From: Spizellomyces punctatus DAOM BR117
Lineage: Eukaryota
Length of the DNA: 64,000 bases
Assembly (NCBI GenBank): GCA_000182565.2
Contig: KQ257450.1
Reading direction: 5' to 3' (one strand)
Within the stretch, counting starts at the first letter, position 1. Each line of letters starts with the position of its first letter. Of this stretch, positions 62,854 to 64,000 are shown in pieces. The translations under genes were made by a program, and so were the position numbers. The notes under the pieces were generated by a model. The model had not been told where the DNA came from. It made no database searches and was given only the letters and a program-made list of their open reading frames with translations.

Positions 62854-64000
62854 CTATCTAATTTTTTTAGCAACTAGTACCATATTTCGTGGGGAGTCAA
62901 CATGGTCGAAGAGTGGGAATAACATGACACTTAAGTGCATTGGACTTTGACATGTCGCGTTATCATATTCTCCATTGTATCTTTGCCCGTCGCCCTCAGC
63001 CTCCATTAAGTTTCTCGATTTTGCATCGACATACACATCGCGCTCACCCGTCATTTCTACAATGGATAAAAAACGATCCACCAGTATCAAGCTCTCAATT
63101 GCTTCTGCGACCATAGCCCTAAGTGTCCATACAACTGCAACTTCTTTCTCCCTATCTCTGTACTTCTCCTCGTATTCTCTCAAAACGTCGTCAGTGAGTC
63201 CCGCCTTGTCCAAATCAATCCCTAGCTTTCGTAGAGCATGTCTTGCATATCCAATAAACCCGTTTCCGAAAGCTCCTCTGGCCAACCGTCCGATCACAAT
63301 GTTTCGCGAGTCGTCGAGATCTGGAATGAGCTCCTTCTCTAGGATGATCAGCTGTAAAAGTGCGCGATAAAAATGTCTTGAAAAACTTTCTTTTGCTGCG
63401 TCTCCCTGCTGAGTCCATCGACAAGTTGCCTGACATGCCAACATCCGTGCGGTGAATCCTAGTGAGACGCCCTGTGACCAAACGTACTTGCTTAACGGAA
63501 ATCCAGCACTGTGCGTTACAATTAGTCCTCTTTCACCCGTTTCGCAGAGTGGTGAGGGTGGGGCTGGCCTCCGCCGAGGCGGTGGGCTGTCCGGCAGTTG
63601 ATATTTTGGGGGAATACAAGGATCGGGCCCTTCTTCGGTAAGATGGTTGTAACAGCACCCTACCGAAACAAGAACTCTCGCGTCGCTCATCAAGAAGTGT
63701 CGTACCAGAGCGGCTGAGAGGTCTCCACAAGCATGTAAACCGCAGAGTAGCCATCTTTTAGATTCTTCCTCTATTACTCTTTCCTCTTCTGCTACCCCCG
63801 CTTGACTTTTGACCTCGCTTAGTAGTTCATTGAACTTCTCCTCAGCCGTTACCCTTCGATTCACATGATAAACCTTGCCGATAGCTTTATCTTTGTTCTT
63901 GGGCTTTGAGAAGATCTTCTCTATCATTCCAGATCGCCGTTTTGCTCCGCATGTTTGTATTTCATCATCGTCGACACCGATGACAGTATGGCAATAAGTA
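62854..64000 (-). CDS. METTL25/RRNAD1-like methyltransferase (5' part outside window)
   Basis: LCGLHACGDLS, VSVGCCYN, GFPLS, ARMLACQA, HFYRALLQ, IESLILVDR, PLFDHVDSPRNMVLVAKK. Confidence 0.85.
   Translation of the reverse strand, partial: TYCHTVIGVDDDEIQTCGAKRRSGMIEKIFSKPKNKDKAIGKVYHVNRRVTAEEKFNELLSEVKSQAGVAEEERVIEEESKRWLLCGLHACGDLSAALVRHFLMSDARVLVSVGCCYNHLTEEGPDPCIPPKYQLPDSPPPRRRPAPPSPLCETGERGLIVTHSAGFPLSKYVWSQGVSLGFTARMLACQATCRWTQQGDAAKESFSRHFYRALLQLIILEKELIPDLDDSRNIVIGRLARGAFGNGFIGYARHALRKLGIDLDKAGLTDDVLREYEEKYRDREKEVAVVWTLRAMVAEAIESLILVDRFLSIVEMTGERDVYVDAKSRNLMEAEGDGQRYNGEYDNATCQSPMHLSVMLFPLFDHVDSPRNMVLVAKKIR

Noticed and set aside
1-64000. CRISPR arrays, transposases, rRNA
   Set aside because: No repeat-spacer periodicity, transposase/RT motifs or rRNA signatures were seen.

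Overview
Gene-dense eukaryotic DNA with short (~50-200 nt) GT-AG introns and many head-to-head gene pairs. It is fungal by gene content (GGC1, VMA16, CWH43, THR1). An Abi/WAVE-complex subunit suggests an early-diverging, chytrid-like fungus (inference). The window opens with an N-gap, holds one tRNA-Ala(AGC), and encodes about 33 proteins, mostly housekeeping (ORC5, RTR1, NAA35, AAR2, SWC5, CDC123, NBP35, TOM22, iPGM, PGS1, RPB4, TRZ1 and others). Exon structures were reconstructed by eye, so some termini are approximate. The highlight is an 8-exon gene at 30699-32115, split into fragments in the ORF track, that encodes six Tau/MAP2/MAP4-type microtubule-binding repeats, a family usually treated as animal-specific. 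Also notable are a secretory small heat-shock protein fused to LEA-like repeats and ending in KDEL, a SnoaL-like protein with two SPIRAL1/Jupiter-type PGG motifs, an Abi protein with an FH1-like polyproline tract and four WH2-like repeats, and recurrent RFX X-box-like motifs in intergenic DNA.
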